A stretch of 62,197 nucleotides of DNA, from the NCBI GenBank assembly GCA_964441745.1, contig CAYTYR010000014.1, forward strand, positions 1 through 62,197, given 5' to 3'. Below the pieces are notes generated by a model. That model had not been told where the DNA came from. It was given only the letters and a program-made list of their open reading frames with translations, and made no database searches. The position numbers and the translations under genes are program-made. Shown here in pieces: positions 20,608 through 31,341 of the stretch (positions are counted from its first letter, which is position 1; the number at the start of each line of letters is the position of its first letter). This stretch comes from an uncultured Clostridia bacterium (GTDB lineage: Bacteria; CAYTYR01; UBA6262).

Positions 20608-22386
20608 CTAATCCCTGGAACCCTTAAAAATTTGAGTTAGTTCCTTATATTCTTGCATTAATTCCGGATCTATTGCTCCCTCGGCATCCAGTTTATGGGA
20701 AATCTCTTCAGCTAATATTTTATAACGTTCTTTTTTATGCCATTTCTTGATCGAAGCGATCAATTCACCAGCCAGTTTAGAAGCATCGACGCCTTCGGCC
20801 GGGCTAAAAGCCAGTTTAGCGATAATGCCGGTCAAAAGTTCATTTTGCAAGTGATCAATAATTTCTGAAGGCGTGATATTCTGTTGCTTCTGGCTGAGCA
20901 CAGCCATAGCCTCAAGGATTATTTTCAAATTAGGGTCGGTAATATCTTCTAACGCAATTTGTTCATGCCACTGCTGATAAAGGCTGGTATCGCTTAAAAA
21001 CAGCTGGATCAGGTTATGCTGGGCCTTAATAAAACCATTTTCCGCAGTGGTTTCATCCTGAATGCTCTGGCTTACTTTTTTCCGGAATCCTTTATCCGCT
21101 ATTTTCTCTAACTGCGAAAACAGGGTCTCTTCATTAAGGTTTATCCGCTGGGCTAAGCGGTGCACTTCAGATTTTTGTTCCACAATATTCCTGATCCTGG
21201 CGATTAGCGGCAAGATCTCATTAACGACAAAAACTTTCCCCTGCACTGTTTTCAGGTCAGCCATTAAAATTGCCTGTTCCAGCCGGTATTCGATCAGGGA
21301 TAAAGCATTTTGCACTATGGTTTCAAAAGCCTCGCGGCCTTGTTGGCGCAAAAATTCATCCGGATCTTTAGCTGCTGACTGTACCGCTACTTTTACTTCC
21401 AGGCCGCTATCAACTAACAGATCTAATCCTCTCAGCGTAGCCGCTACGCCGGCCTGGTCAGAATCATAAATGATCACTACCTTACTGCAATATCTCTTGA
21501 TTAATTCTATTTGTTCCGGAGTCAAAGCTACGCCCATGGAGGCAATACTGTTTTCCAGTCCAAACTGGTGACAGGCGATCACATCCATATACCCTTCCAG
21601 CAGTAAGACTTGTCCGGTTTTACGGATAGCAGAGCTGGCCAGGTTCAATCCATATAGTAGTTTGCTTTTGGAAAATAAAGGGGTTTCAGCTGAATTCAGG
21701 TATTTTGGCTGTTTGGTATCATCCAGGGTCCTGGCGCCAAAAGCGACAACCTTACCTTTAGCATCATTGATCGGATACATCACCCGGCCGCGAAAATAAT
21801 CATAATAGCGGTTACTGTTAAAACTTACCAAACCCGCTTTTTGCAGTACTTCCGGTTTTAAACCCTTGCTGAGCGCTGCCTTTAAAAACTTATCCCCGCC
21901 TTGCGGAGCATAACCGATCCTGTATTTTTTTATGATCTCAGCGCTTAGTCCGCGCTTTTGCAAATAACTTTGCGCTATCTTGGCTTCAGTTAATTCATTG
22001 AGGGCATATTCATAATACTTAGCTGCTAATTCATTAGCAGCATAAAGGCTTTCCCGTTCTTTATTCTTTTCCGCGGCTTCGCGGGAAAATGCTGCCGCTG
22101 GTAGCGCTAATCCTACTCTCTTGGCCAGCTTTTCCACTGCTTCCATAAAAGAGAGATTTTCCAGCTTCATGATAAAGGTAAAAACATTGCCTCCCAACTG
22201 GCAGCCGAAACAATGAAAAATTTGTTTTTCCGGACTGACCATGAAAGAAGGCGTTTTTTCGTTATGAAACGGGCAAAGAGCGTTGAAGTTACGGCCGGCT
22301 TTTTTAAGATTAATATATTCGCCAGCTACGGCAACGATATCATTGCGGCTGCGAACTTCTTCGATAAATTCATTACTGACGGCCAT
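20608..22386 (-). CDS. dnaG: DNA primase
   Basis: CPFHNEKTPSF zinc finger, PKYLNS, EGYMDV, YDSDQAG, KDPDE motifs. Confidence 0.97.
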   Translation of the reverse strand: MAVSNEFIEEVRSRNDIVAVAGEYINLKKAGRNFNALCPFHNEKTPSFMVSPEKQIFHCFGCQLGGNVFTFIMKLENLSFMEAVEKLAKRVGLALPAAAFSREAAEKNKERESLYAANELAAKYYEYALNELTEAKIAQSYLQKRGLSAEIIKKYRIGYAPQGGDKFLKAALSKGLKPEVLQKAGLVSFNSNRYYDYFRGRVMYPINDAKGKVVAFGARTLDDTKQPKYLNSAETPLFSKSKLLYGLNLASSAIRKTGQVLLLEGYMDVIACHQFGLENSIASMGVALTPEQIELIKRYCSKVVIIYDSDQAGVAATLRGLDLLVDSGLEVKVAVQSAAKDPDEFLRQQGREAFETIVQNALSLIEYRLEQAILMADLKTVQGKVFVVNEILPLIARIRNIVEQKSEVHRLAQRINLNEETLFSQLEKIADKGFRKKVSQSIQDETTAENGFIKAQHNLIQLFLSDTSLYQQWHEQIALEDITDPNLKIILEAMAVLSQKQQNITPSEIIDHLQNELLTGIIAKLAFSPAEGVDASKLAGELIASIKKWHKKERYKILAEEISHKLDAEGAIDPELMQEYKELTQIFKGSRD

Positions 22387-22441
22387 ACTAATCCTACTAC
22401 AAATTCTAAACGCTAAACTCTAATTTCGAATTTGTTCTTGT

Positions 22442-23401
22442 TTAGTTATGTTTTACCCGGACAAATCCGGAACAGGGAATGATTTTAAATTCTCCAAATT
22501 GTTTCATTACGCTGTCCAAAAGCAGGTTTAATCCCAGGTTATCGCTGGAAATATGTCCGGCGATCACCACATTCAAATGAGCTTTTTCGGCATTCTCCGC
22601 GTGTTTTTCACTTAAATGCATGCCCACAATGGTCCCAATACCGGCTTGAGCCATTTTTTCATATATATCCACTGAACCTTCGGCGCCGCCAGTCATATCG
22701 ACGAATACCTTGCCTGAATGGTTTGTTTCTTTACCCAATAAAATACGCGGCGGATTATTATTCCCGGCAGATATTTTATACTCAGGTATGTCGTTAAGGA
22801 CTTTCATGACGTCTTCTAATGACTGGATATTGGCTTGGTCCAACAGCCTTTGGAGATAACTGGCCACATGATTATCGGCTACGGTATGGGCGCACATAAA
22901 GGGGATATCTAACAATTTAGCCGCATCAGAGACTCTCATATGGTTGGCAGGCATTACTCGTTTTTCAACTTCCTTCATCCGTTTATCCAGCAATTGTTCC
23001 GCGACATTGATCGGTATGCCAAATTGGTGCAGGATATCTGCCTGCATCCCCATCACTTCGTAGAAATTAGCATACGCTCTTCCCGCCGGGTGATGTGACA
23101 TTACCAGGCTGATTTTTTCGCCTTTATTACGCAGGCGATCAGCCAGCATTAATTCGGCCACATCAATATCCACCCCGATCATGACACTTTCAATCTCAGT
23201 CTGGGGATCACCATACAAAATCCGGGTATCAGCATAAGGATTTTTCAACCGATCCTGGTCAAAAACATCTTTTATTTTAGCTTCCATTTTCTGATATCTT
23301 TGCCGGGCTTTTTCCAGTAATAACTCAACGTTTTTTGAGCCGCGGGGATCCTGCTGTATTCCTGCTTTTACCAGGAAATCATAGTATTCTTGCAAGCGCA
23401 T
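22442..23401 (-). CDS. Nif3-like dinuclear metal-centre protein
   Basis: SHHP, HTVADN and AGHISSDNLG metal-binding motifs. Confidence 0.8.
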   Translation of the reverse strand: MRLQEYYDFLVKAGIQQDPRGSKNVELLLEKARQRYQKMEAKIKDVFDQDRLKNPYADTRILYGDPQTEIESVMIGVDIDVAELMLADRLRNKGEKISLVMSHHPAGRAYANFYEVMGMQADILHQFGIPINVAEQLLDKRMKEVEKRVMPANHMRVSDAAKLLDIPFMCAHTVADNHVASYLQRLLDQANIQSLEDVMKVLNDIPEYKISAGNNNPPRILLGKETNHSGKVFVDMTGGAEGSVDIYEKMAQAGIGTIVGMHLSEKHAENAEKAHLNVVIAGHISSDNLGLNLLLDSVMKQFGEFKIIPCSGFVRVKHN

Positions 23402-23416
23402 CGCCAGTCTCCGTTA

Positions 23417-23611
23417 TTAATAAGATTTTCTTTCTCTCCGACGGCGTTTCCGGTCAGCTTCTTTCTGTTTTTTGCGGCGCCTAACCCCGGGACTTTCATA
23501 ATATTCCCGTTTTTTGATCTCGGTCATTACCCCGTCTTTTTCACATTCTTTTTTGAACCTTTTCAAAGCTTCATCAATAGTTTCGTGATCCCTGATTTTT
23601 ACTCCTGTCAC
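23417..23611 (-). CDS. rpsU: 30S ribosomal protein S21
   Basis: ALKRFKK, KKREYYESP motifs; GTG at 23611 fits the AAGGAGG SD better than TTG 23620. Confidence 0.95.
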   Translation of the reverse strand: MTGVKIRDHETIDEALKRFKKECEKDGVMTEIKKREYYESPGVRRRKKQKEADRKRRRRERKSY

Positions 23612-23678
23612 TCTAATCAACCCTCCTTAGCGGTGCCAAATTTAATTTATCCAGATCAAACAACCTGATAAGAATTTA

Positions 23679-23707
23679 AATATACCACAAACCCCTTTAA
23701 GTTTCAA
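23679..23707 (-). promoter_or_regulatory. Sigma-70 promoter for rpsU-nif3-dnaG-rpoD
   Basis: TTGAAA-N17-TATATT with extended TG. Confidence 0.6.
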
Positions 23708-23723
23708 GGCTTTTTTTGATTAT

Positions 23724-24869
23724 CTAAAGATTCCAAAACCCCTTATTTCCGCTACCCGATTTGTTATTTATCTGATCAAATTCCCGCAAAAGCTGTTTTT
23801 CCTTTTCGCTGAGATTTTTTGGCACATCAACAACTATTTTGACCAATAAGTCCCCCCGCCCCCGGCTGGAAAGATACGGGACTCCTTTTTGTTTCAATTT
23901 AAAAATCGTGTGCCCTTGCGTACCAGCTGGCACTTTCATCGTGACACTGCCTTCCAGCGTTGGAACTGATATTTCCGAGCCTAAAGCAGCCTGGGTAAAG
24001 GAAATATGTTGTTCCGCTACCAGGTTATTACCTTCACGTTCAAAATTAGGGTCTTTCTGGACATGGATCATAACATAAAGATCACCGTTCGGGCCGCCTC
24101 GTTCCCCGGCTTCCCCTTCGCCGCGAACCCTGAGGCTTGAACCTTCTTCCACACCAGCCGGTATCTTCACTTTAATCGTGCCGGTCTTTGACTCTTTACC
24201 TGTTCCTCGGCATTCAGAGCAAGGAGCTTCAATTACTGTACCCTCACCATGGCATTTCGGACAGGTTTGGACCATACTGAAAAAACCCTGGCTCATGCGC
24301 ATTTTCCCGGCGCCTTTGCAGGTAGGACAGGTCTTCTTATTAGTACCAGGCTTGGCGCCGCTGCCGCCGCAGCGGGTACAAGCTTCATGACGCGGCACTT
24401 TTAAGGTTAACTCTGTACCGAAAACAGCGTCACGGAATTCCAGGTTAGCGTCATATTGCAGGTCGGATCCACGGGAAGCTCCACTGCGCCGGCCAGAACG
24501 ACTGGGGCGCTGTTGCCCAAAAACACCTTCTAAAATGTCCCCGAAAATATCTCCAAGATCACCTTGCGCCCCACCGCCGCCGCCAAAGCCGGAAAAATCA
24601 AAGCCGCCAAAACCAGGGCCAGCTCCCGGGCCGCCGGCGCCAACACCGGCATGCCCGTACTGGTCATATAATTGCTTTTTCTTGGCATCGCTAAGAACCT
24701 CGTAGGCTTCATTGATCTCCTTGAATTTTTCCTCGGCTTCCTTATTGCCTTGATTTTTATCTGGATGGAACTTCAAGGCTAATTGCCGGTAAGCATCCTT
24801 AATCTCCCTTTCCGCAGCTGACCGGGAGACGCCTAATACTTCATAGTAATCTCTTTTACCATTAGCCAA
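23724..24869 (-). CDS. dnaJ: Chaperone DnaJ
   Basis: J-domain HPD, G/F-rich region, four CxxCxGxG repeats. Confidence 0.98.
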   Translation of the reverse strand: MANGKRDYYEVLGVSRSAAEREIKDAYRQLALKFHPDKNQGNKEAEEKFKEINEAYEVLSDAKKKQLYDQYGHAGVGAGGPGAGPGFGGFDFSGFGGGGGAQGDLGDIFGDILEGVFGQQRPSRSGRRSGASRGSDLQYDANLEFRDAVFGTELTLKVPRHEACTRCGGSGAKPGTNKKTCPTCKGAGKMRMSQGFFSMVQTCPKCHGEGTVIEAPCSECRGTGKESKTGTIKVKIPAGVEEGSSLRVRGEGEAGERGGPNGDLYVMIHVQKDPNFEREGNNLVAEQHISFTQAALGSEISVPTLEGSVTMKVPAGTQGHTIFKLKQKGVPYLSSRGRGDLLVKIVVDVPKNLSEKEKQLLREFDQINNKSGSGNKGFWNL

Positions 24870-24960
24870 AAGTTTTTCTCCTTTTAGAATTCATCAACAA
24901 ACAACTCTAAATCATTTATAGGAAGCGATGCTGAGCTGCCATGAACTATGAGCTAAGCTG

Positions 24961-26853
24961 CTATTCTTTCTTTTTATCGTCATCAACTATTTCAGCATCC
25001 ACTACTTTGTCACCTGAGTTGCCAGGTTCTGCGCCCTGCGCTCCTGGTTGCTCTCCGGCTCCACTGGAACCTTGATTTTCTGCCCCGCCAGCGCCCGGCT
25101 TAGCCTGGGCCTGCTTGTAAACTTCTTCAGCTAATTTATGGCTGGCAGTCATCAGTTTTTCTTTGGTCTGCTTGATCTTTTCAATATCTGTGCCTTTCAG
25201 CGCTTCTTTGGCATCAACCAGAGCCTGGTCAATTTTCAGCCGCTCTTCCTGGCTGACTTTATCACCCTGTTCACGCAGGGTTTTTTCCACTGAATACACC
25301 ATAGTGTCTGCTTCATTCTTGACTTCAATTTCTTCTTTGCGTTTCTTGTCTTCATCCGCAAACTGCTCAGCCTGCTTAACCATTTTGTCTATATCTTCTT
25401 TAGACAATTTGTTAGGCGCCGTGATCTTGATCGACTGTTCTTTACCTGTGCCCAGGTCCTTAGCCAGCACATGCAGAATACCATTGGCATCGATATCAAA
25501 GGTCACTTCGATCTGCGGCAAACCGCGAGGCGCCGGGGGAATCCCGACCAGTTCAAAACGCCCGAGAGTGACATTGTCTTTAGCCATTTGCCGTTCACCT
25601 TGTAGTACATGGATATCCACCGCTGGCTGGTTATCGGCAGCAGTACTGAAAACCTGGCTTTTCTTAACCGGAATGGTTGTGTTCCGGTCAATCAGTTTGG
25701 TAAAAACAGCTCCCAGGGTTTCAATACCCAGGGATAACGGAGTTACATCCAGCAGTAGAATATCTTTTACTTCACCGCCAAGCACTCCCGCCTGGATCGC
25801 TGCGCCCATGGCCACGCACTCCATCGGGTCTACGCCGCGTTCCACTTTTTTACCCACCAAATCCTCCACGAATTTTTGCACAATGGGCATCCGGGTCGGC
25901 CCACCGACTAGAATTACCCGGTCAATATTATTAGGACTCAGTTTTGCATCACTCAAGGCCAATTCAATTGAATGTTTGCATTTTTGCACGATCGGATCGA
26001 CGATATTATCCAGCGTGCTGCGGGTTAACTTCATCGTTAAATGCTTAGGCCCGGTACTATCCGCGGTAATAAAGGGCAGGTTGATGTCAGTTTCCATGAC
26101 ATTGGAAAGCTCTATTTTGGCTTTTTCCGCTGCTTCTTTCAACCGCTGTACTGCCATATTGTCATTACGCAGGTCGATGCCTGTGTTGTTCTTGAAATCA
26201 TTGGCAATAAAATCAATCAAGGCATTGTCCATATCCGTACCACCGAGCTGAGTATCCCCTGATGTGGAGATTACTTCAAATACGCCCTTACCGAAATCCA
26301 TAATAGTTACATCCAGCGTGCCGCCACCCAGGTCAAAGACCAGGATTTTCTCTTCCTTACCTTTCTTGTCCACACCATAAGCCAGGCAGGCTGCAGTCGG
26401 TTCATTGATGATCCGGATCACATCCAAACCAGCGATAGTACCGGCATCCTTGGTCGCTTGCCGCTGGTTATCATTAAAATAAGCCGGCACCGTGATCACT
26501 GCTTTTTCCACCTTGTCGCCTAAAAAAGCTTCCGCATCCCGTTTGATCTTTTGCAGGATAAACGCTGATATCTGCTGAGGGGTATACTCCTTGCCCAGGA
26601 CCTTATATTTATGGTCAGTACCCATTTTGCGTTTCGCGGCATAAATAGTACCTTCCGGATTAGACACCAGCTGTCTTTTGGCCGGTTCACCGACCAGCAA
26701 GTCGTTGTCTTTGGTAAAGGCTACATATGACGGGAAAGCCTTGCCTCCAATGCTGGTCCCTTCGGCGCTGGGGATGATCGTGGCCTTGCCTCCTTCCAAT
26801 ACTGCTGCCGCTGAATTGGATGTTCCTAAATCAATACCGATTATCTTACTCAT
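24961..26853 (-). CDS. dnaK: Chaperone DnaK
   Basis: [32 protein letters not shown] motifs. Confidence 0.98.
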   Translation of the reverse strand: MSKIIGIDLGTSNSAAAVLEGGKATIIPSAEGTSIGGKAFPSYVAFTKDNDLLVGEPAKRQLVSNPEGTIYAAKRKMGTDHKYKVLGKEYTPQQISAFILQKIKRDAEAFLGDKVEKAVITVPAYFNDNQRQATKDAGTIAGLDVIRIINEPTAACLAYGVDKKGKEEKILVFDLGGGTLDVTIMDFGKGVFEVISTSGDTQLGGTDMDNALIDFIANDFKNNTGIDLRNDNMAVQRLKEAAEKAKIELSNVMETDINLPFITADSTGPKHLTMKLTRSTLDNIVDPIVQKCKHSIELALSDAKLSPNNIDRVILVGGPTRMPIVQKFVEDLVGKKVERGVDPMECVAMGAAIQAGVLGGEVKDILLLDVTPLSLGIETLGAVFTKLIDRNTTIPVKKSQVFSTAADNQPAVDIHVLQGERQMAKDNVTLGRFELVGIPPAPRGLPQIEVTFDIDANGILHVLAKDLGTGKEQSIKITAPNKLSKEDIDKMVKQAEQFADEDKKRKEEIEVKNEADTMVYSVEKTLREQGDKVSQEERLKIDQALVDAKEALKGTDIEKIKQTKEKLMTASHKLAEEVYKQAQAKPGAGGAENQGSSGAGEQPGAQGAEPGNSGDKVVDAEIVDDDKKKE

Positions 26854-26938
26854 AATTTCCTCCCTAAATAGACCGCCAAGCGGTCTGTTTTGCCCCCCTG
26901 TATAGATTTCAAAGAAATCTAGGGGGGTCGACTTTAGT

Positions 26939-27484
26939 TTATTTTTTTTCTATCTTCTTCGCTACTTTTACGAATGCCGGCCGGATCACTTTACCTTTAA
27001 AATTATATCCCTTTTGGATCTCTTCCAATATCTCGTCATCCTCATGGTCAAGGCTTTCCTCCTGGCTGACCACATGATGCAAACTGGGATCTAATTTCTC
27101 TTCCTGGGTTTTGATCTGTTCCACCCCTTCCTGTTTCAAAAATTGCTTAAATTCTTTTTCAATCATCACCAGCCCTTCTAAAATTGTTTTATGATTATCA
27201 TGTTCCCTGGCGGCTTTCAAGGCCCGTTCAACGTTGTCAATGAACGGCAGCATTTTTAACAGCACATCTTCCTGGCCGAATTTCACCAGGTCCAGCTTTT
27301 CTTTCTCCACTCTCCGGCGGTAATTCTCAAATTCCGCTTTTAGCCGTAAGAGCTGGTCATAGTATTCTTTAGCCTTATTTTTTTGATCCTCCAGGGATTC
27401 CCGCAATAAGGACATTTCATTCAATTTTTGTTCCAAGGCCAGCTGGTCTAGGCTTTTTTCTTCATTATTTTTTTCTTGGTTCAC
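26939..27484 (-). CDS. grpE: Nucleotide exchange factor GrpE
   Basis: [32 protein letters not shown] motifs. Confidence 0.96.
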   Translation of the reverse strand: MNQEKNNEEKSLDQLALEQKLNEMSLLRESLEDQKNKAKEYYDQLLRLKAEFENYRRRVEKEKLDLVKFGQEDVLLKMLPFIDNVERALKAAREHDNHKTILEGLVMIEKEFKQFLKQEGVEQIKTQEEKLDPSLHHVVSQEESLDHEDDEILEEIQKGYNFKGKVIRPAFVKVAKKIEKK

Positions 27485-28535
27485 GCTTTAACTCCTTTGT
27501 TGACTTGCTTAAGGTTTTATTGATCAGTTTGGAAAAGTAGTTCACCAGGGCGATCATTTTAGAGTATTCCATCCGCTTTGGCCCGATAATGCCTAACGCT
27601 CCCAGGGTCTTATCACCGGCCCGGTAAGTGGAGGTCACAATACTGCATTCCTGCAGTTCCTTACAAGGTGTTTCTTCCCCGATTATAACCTTGATTCCCT
27701 CATGGCTCACTTTTTCTTCCAACAGCTCGCAGAGCATCTTCTTTTCATCTATTACCTTAAAAATATTGCGGACTTTGTCATAATCAGCGAAATCAGGCTG
27801 GCTGAGAATGTTGCTGGTACCTTCAAGGTATAACTCCCCTTCTTCATCCAAGGCAAAGGCCTGTTGTACCAGTTTTTCCATAATACTGATATACTTAACC
27901 TGCTTGATCTTTTCCTGCTGCAGTCTTTTAAATATTTCTGCGCTAATATCATTAACACTGATACCATAGACATTCTTATTGAGCAGCCGGTTAATAGCGA
28001 TCAGCTCAGTGGAATTAACATCCTGGTCAAGGTCCATGATCTTATGGCGGATCACGCCAGCATCCGTGACCAGCACCGCCAGGAGCCTGTCCCGGTCCAC
28101 TTTGACCAGCTCTAAACGCTTTAAGTGGTCAACAGCGGGGCTGGGGGTGAGCACAAATCCGGTATAGTGAGAAAGCATAGATAACATTTTGCTGGTTTCC
28201 TGCATTACCGAATCCAAGGCCCCGCGCTGTGATTCATACTCTTTTTCTATCCGTTGCTCTTCTTCCTGGGTCAACTGTTGCAGCTGCATCAGGCTATCGA
28301 CATAAAAACGATATCCCTTGTCTGTCGGTACCCGGCCGCTGGAAGTGTGCGGATGGGTCAGAAATCCTTCTTTCTCTAATGCCGCCAGTATATTTCTGAC
28401 CGTAGCCGGGCTTACTTCCAGTTTATTATGTTCAATAATAGTCTCAGAACCAACTGGTTTGCCGGTACGAATATAATAGTGAATAACGATCTGTAATATT
28501 TTTTGTTTGCGTTCTTCTAAAGATATCCTGGACAT
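27465..28535 (-). CDS. hrcA: Heat-inducible transcription repressor HrcA
   Basis: SPATVRN, HPHTSSGRVPTDKGYRFYVD, IIGPKRMEY motifs. Confidence 0.97.
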   Translation of the reverse strand: MSRISLEERKQKILQIVIHYYIRTGKPVGSETIIEHNKLEVSPATVRNILAALEKEGFLTHPHTSSGRVPTDKGYRFYVDSLMQLQQLTQEEEQRIEKEYESQRGALDSVMQETSKMLSMLSHYTGFVLTPSPAVDHLKRLELVKVDRDRLLAVLVTDAGVIRHKIMDLDQDVNSTELIAINRLLNKNVYGISVNDISAEIFKRLQQEKIKQVKYISIMEKLVQQAFALDEEGELYLEGTSNILSQPDFADYDKVRNIFKVIDEKKMLCELLEEKVSHEGIKVIIGEETPCKELQECSIVTSTYRAGDKTLGALGIIGPKRMEYSKMIALVNYFSKLINKTLSKSTKELKREPRKK

Positions 28536-28554
28536 ACCATCCCCTAAAAATAAA

Positions 28555-28581
28555 TTAGCACTCTAATGATTAGAGTGCTAA
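28555..28581. promoter_or_regulatory. CIRCE operator
   Basis: Perfect TTAGCACTC-N9-GAGTGCTAA directly upstream of hrcA. Confidence 0.97.
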
Positions 28582-28609
28582 TTTTATCACAACTATAAAA
28601 AACTGTCAA
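28581..28609 (-). promoter_or_regulatory. Sigma-70 promoter of the hrcA operon
   Basis: TTGACA-N17-TAAAAT with extended TG, abutting CIRCE. Confidence 0.85.
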
Positions 28610-28643
28610 GAAAAAAATAAACAGCCGTTTTTAGCGAATTAGG

Positions 28644-28985
28644 CTACTCATCTAACTTATTCATTTTCAGAGACATTCTGACACTATTAGTGGTTTTCTG
28701 CTTACCACGGTTATTGGCGTATTTCTCAGATCTTTCCGCCTCGATAGGTGAGGGTGGACGGACAATACGGTTCTTATCCCACCAAGGCCTTTCGGCTACT
28801 AGCGGACGGATTGGCTTGTTCTTATCCCACCAGGGATTAACGGCAACCTCTTCACGTACTGGCCGGTCTTTGTCCCACCAGGGCAAGGACTTCCGCTCTT
28901 CCTGTGAAATCTTATGGGTTGGCACAGCAAAAGCTGTATTTGCCCATAACAATATACCTAGCAATAGGATACTTATATGCTTCAT
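28644..28985 (-). CDS. Small secreted protein with three PWWDK repeats
   Basis: ATG at 28985 with SD; signal peptide MKHISILLLGILLWANTAFA; repeats with a 16-aa/48-bp period. Confidence 0.75.
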   Translation of the reverse strand: MKHISILLLGILLWANTAFAVPTHKISQEERKSLPWWDKDRPVREEVAVNPWWDKNKPIRPLVAERPWWDKNRIVRPPSPIEAERSEKYANNRGKQKTTNSVRMSLKMNKLDE

Positions 28986-29022
28986 ACGCCTTTCTCCCGC
29001 TATTCTATTCTTCCCTGATACA

Positions 29023-29051
29023 AATATAGCACAATATTTGGCATTTTTCAA
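29023..29051 (-). promoter_or_regulatory. Sigma-70 promoter of the PWWDK-repeat gene
   Basis: TTGAAA-N17-TATATT with extended TG. Confidence 0.55.
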
Positions 29052-29073
29052 GCGTTCTGTGCAGGCCTTCCCC

Positions 29074-30198
29074 CTAAACAAAACGCATAAAGACCTGGTT
29101 GGCAATCATTAGGCCATGCGCAGTAAGCTTCACCTGGCCTTCTTCTTCTTTCAGCAACCCCTGGTTTGACAATACTTTGATCGTCGGGCCATATAGTTCA
29201 TCAATATCGGTCTTGAACCTTTTTCTTAAGTCATCCATGTTAAAACCATCAAGCATCCTCAGATTCAGCATGATGGTCTCGCCGATGATCTTTTCCAGTT
29301 TTAGCGTTTCTTTTTCACTCGTGGCATAGACATTGCCAAATACCTTTTCTATATATTGCGGTATTTCCTTGACATTGGTAAAGCGTACCCTGCCCATATA
29401 GGATGTAGCCCCAGCCCCGATGCCTACATAATCCTCGTTGCGCCAGTAGATCTGATTATGACGGCAGCGCTGGCCAGGCTTGGCAAAATTGGATATCTCG
29501 TAATGCTCATAGCCATTGGTTTTGAGCAGTTTGACCGCATTTTCATACATTTCTGCTTCTAATTCTTCATCTATCTTGATTAACTTGCCCGCTTTCAGGT
29601 CCCGGCCAAAAGGGGTATCGTTTTCAATAGTCAGTGAATACAATGAAATATGTTCCGGATTCAGCTCCACCACCCCAGCCAAAGTATCCTGCCACTCTTC
29701 ACCGGTCTGCCAGGGCAGTCCGTAGATCAGGTCCACATTGATATTAGTAAATCCGGCGGCTTTAGCGTCTTGATAGGTCTTAATAAAGTCTTCCACTGAA
29801 TGAATACGACCCAATTTTTTGAGTGATTCATTATTAAAGGACTGCAGGCCAATACTCAAGCGGTTGACCCCATTCATCCGGATTACCTTCAGTTTTTCCA
29901 AAGTGCAGCTACCGGGATTGACTTCCATTGTGACCTCAGCCCGGTCGGCAATATAGAAATTACGCCGGAGAGAGTCAAACAGCCTGGTAACATCACTAAT
30001 TGTCAGTAAACTGGGAGTTCCCCCACCTATATAGATAGTATCCACTACTGAAACATGGACTTTATACATAAAAAGCTCTTGCTGGATAGCAGACAAATAC
30101 CTTGGTAAAAGGTGCTCCATGCCGGCATAAGAGTTAAAATCACAGTAATGACACTTTTGCTGGCAAAAAGGGAAATGAAGATACAGTCCTACACCCAT
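29074..30198 (-). CDS. hemW: Radical SAM heme chaperone HemW (HemN-like)
   Basis: YLHFPFC, CxxxCxxC, GGGTPS, YEISNF, HNQIYW motifs; lepA..hemW-hrcA synteny. Confidence 0.92.
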   Translation of the reverse strand: MGVGLYLHFPFCQQKCHYCDFNSYAGMEHLLPRYLSAIQQELFMYKVHVSVVDTIYIGGGTPSLLTISDVTRLFDSLRRNFYIADRAEVTMEVNPGSCTLEKLKVIRMNGVNRLSIGLQSFNNESLKKLGRIHSVEDFIKTYQDAKAAGFTNINVDLIYGLPWQTGEEWQDTLAGVVELNPEHISLYSLTIENDTPFGRDLKAGKLIKIDEELEAEMYENAVKLLKTNGYEHYEISNFAKPGQRCRHNQIYWRNEDYVGIGAGATSYMGRVRFTNVKEIPQYIEKVFGNVYATSEKETLKLEKIIGETIMLNLRMLDGFNMDDLRKRFKTDIDELYGPTIKVLSNQGLLKEEEGQVKLTAHGLMIANQVFMRFV

Positions 30199-30288
30199 AC
30201 AAAATCCTCGTTTGACGGTAGTCGGTTAGGAAACCGATAGAGTTATATTGCTTTATATAAAAATGCCATAAGAATTGCTGTTACGCAA

Positions 30289-31176
30289 CTACTTCTTTGG
30301 CGGTTCTTCAGATTTGGTTTCTTTGAACATTTCAGCAATAGCGGCTACACTGCCCAGGGATTTAACAGATTCAATCGGCAGAAATACCTTGGTCGCTTTG
30401 CCATCAGCAATTTTCGCTAAGGCTTCCAAATATTTCACTGCCAGCAGGTCACTGGTTGGCTTACCTGAATGGATAGCGTTATAAACTGTAGTAATAGCGC
30501 CTGCTTCACCCTCTGCGATTAAGACTTGTGATTGCTTCTTGCCTTCAGCAGAAAGAATATTGGAGGCCTTTTCACCCTCAGCCTTTAAAATAGCTGCTTG
30601 CTTAAAGCCTTCTGCTTCTAAAATAGCTGCCCGCTTGTCGCGTTCGGCTTTCATTTGGCGGCTCATAGCATCGGTAATATCGCGGGGTGGTTCAATTCTC
30701 TGTATTTCCACCCGGCTTACTTTCACGCCCCAGGCATCTGTAGCATCATCCAGCATCTGGCGCAACTGGACATTGATCTTTTCCCGGCTGGTCAGGGTTT
30801 GGTCCAACTCCAGATTACCTATTTCATTACGCAGGTTAGTTTGCGCCAGCTTCAAGGCAGCATATTGGAAATTAGCTACATTATAGGCTACCTTGAACGG
30901 ATCGGTTACTTTAAAATAGATCACTGCGTCCACAGTAACCCCGACATTATCTTTGGTGATCACTTCCTGCGGCGGGACATCGATGACTTGTTCACGCATA
31001 TCTACTTTACGGACAGTATCAATGAACGGCAATACAAAATTCAGTCCTGGATCCAGCAAGCGGTTAAACTTGCCTAATCTTTCCACCAGGCCTTTTTCAA
31101 AAGGCCTGACCCGCCACAAGGCATTAAAACCAAAAATAAAAACAAACAAAGTTACTACAAAATATACAAAGCCCAT
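30289..31176 (-). CDS. SPFH/band-7 membrane protein (QmcA-like)
   Basis: N-terminal TM, VERLGKF, QEVITKDNV, QMKAERDKRA motifs. Confidence 0.92.
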   Translation of the reverse strand: MGFVYFVVTLFVFIFGFNALWRVRPFEKGLVERLGKFNRLLDPGLNFVLPFIDTVRKVDMREQVIDVPPQEVITKDNVGVTVDAVIYFKVTDPFKVAYNVANFQYAALKLAQTNLRNEIGNLELDQTLTSREKINVQLRQMLDDATDAWGVKVSRVEIQRIEPPRDITDAMSRQMKAERDKRAAILEAEGFKQAAILKAEGEKASNILSAEGKKQSQVLIAEGEAGAITTVYNAIHSGKPTSDLLAVKYLEALAKIADGKATKVFLPIESVKSLGSVAAIAEMFKETKSEEPPKK

Positions 31177-31216
31177 AAATTACCCCCTCTTGTTTACTAA
31201 GTCATCAGGTGTTGGG

Positions 31217-31328
31217 TTAGGAAGTAAGTTTGGTCTGAGGTCTCTGGTTGTTAGGCTCTAAACCACAACCTCTAGACCTACTTCCATACCTACTTCCATA
31301 CCTACTTCTACAACCCTTACCCTATTAC
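31217..31328. repeat. Family D intergenic repeat, copy 2 (inverted relative to 2714-2815)
   Basis: Direct alignment by eye; carries an extra tandem TACTTCCATACC unit. Confidence 0.8.
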
Positions 31329-31341
31329 TACCACCTGCGTC

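Noticed and set aside
25163..26251. 362-aa plus-strand ORF
   Set aside because: Lies wholly antisense to dnaK. Long antisense ORFs opposite hsp70 genes are a familiar codon-pattern artefact, and it shows no motif.
28771..28883. Three ~17-bp repeats at 48-bp spacing resembling a mini-CRISPR
   Set aside because: The period is a multiple of 3 and the variation follows codons of the PWWDK protein repeat; no cas genes or leader.
28986..29105. Upstream extension of the 153-aa ORF
   Set aside because: Overlaps hemW and contains the candidate promoter; the SD and signal peptide point to ATG 28985.
29074..30198. Radical SAM as a RiPP maturase or true HemN
   Set aside because: No SPASM/twitch domain; motifs and lepA/hrcA synteny fit HemW.
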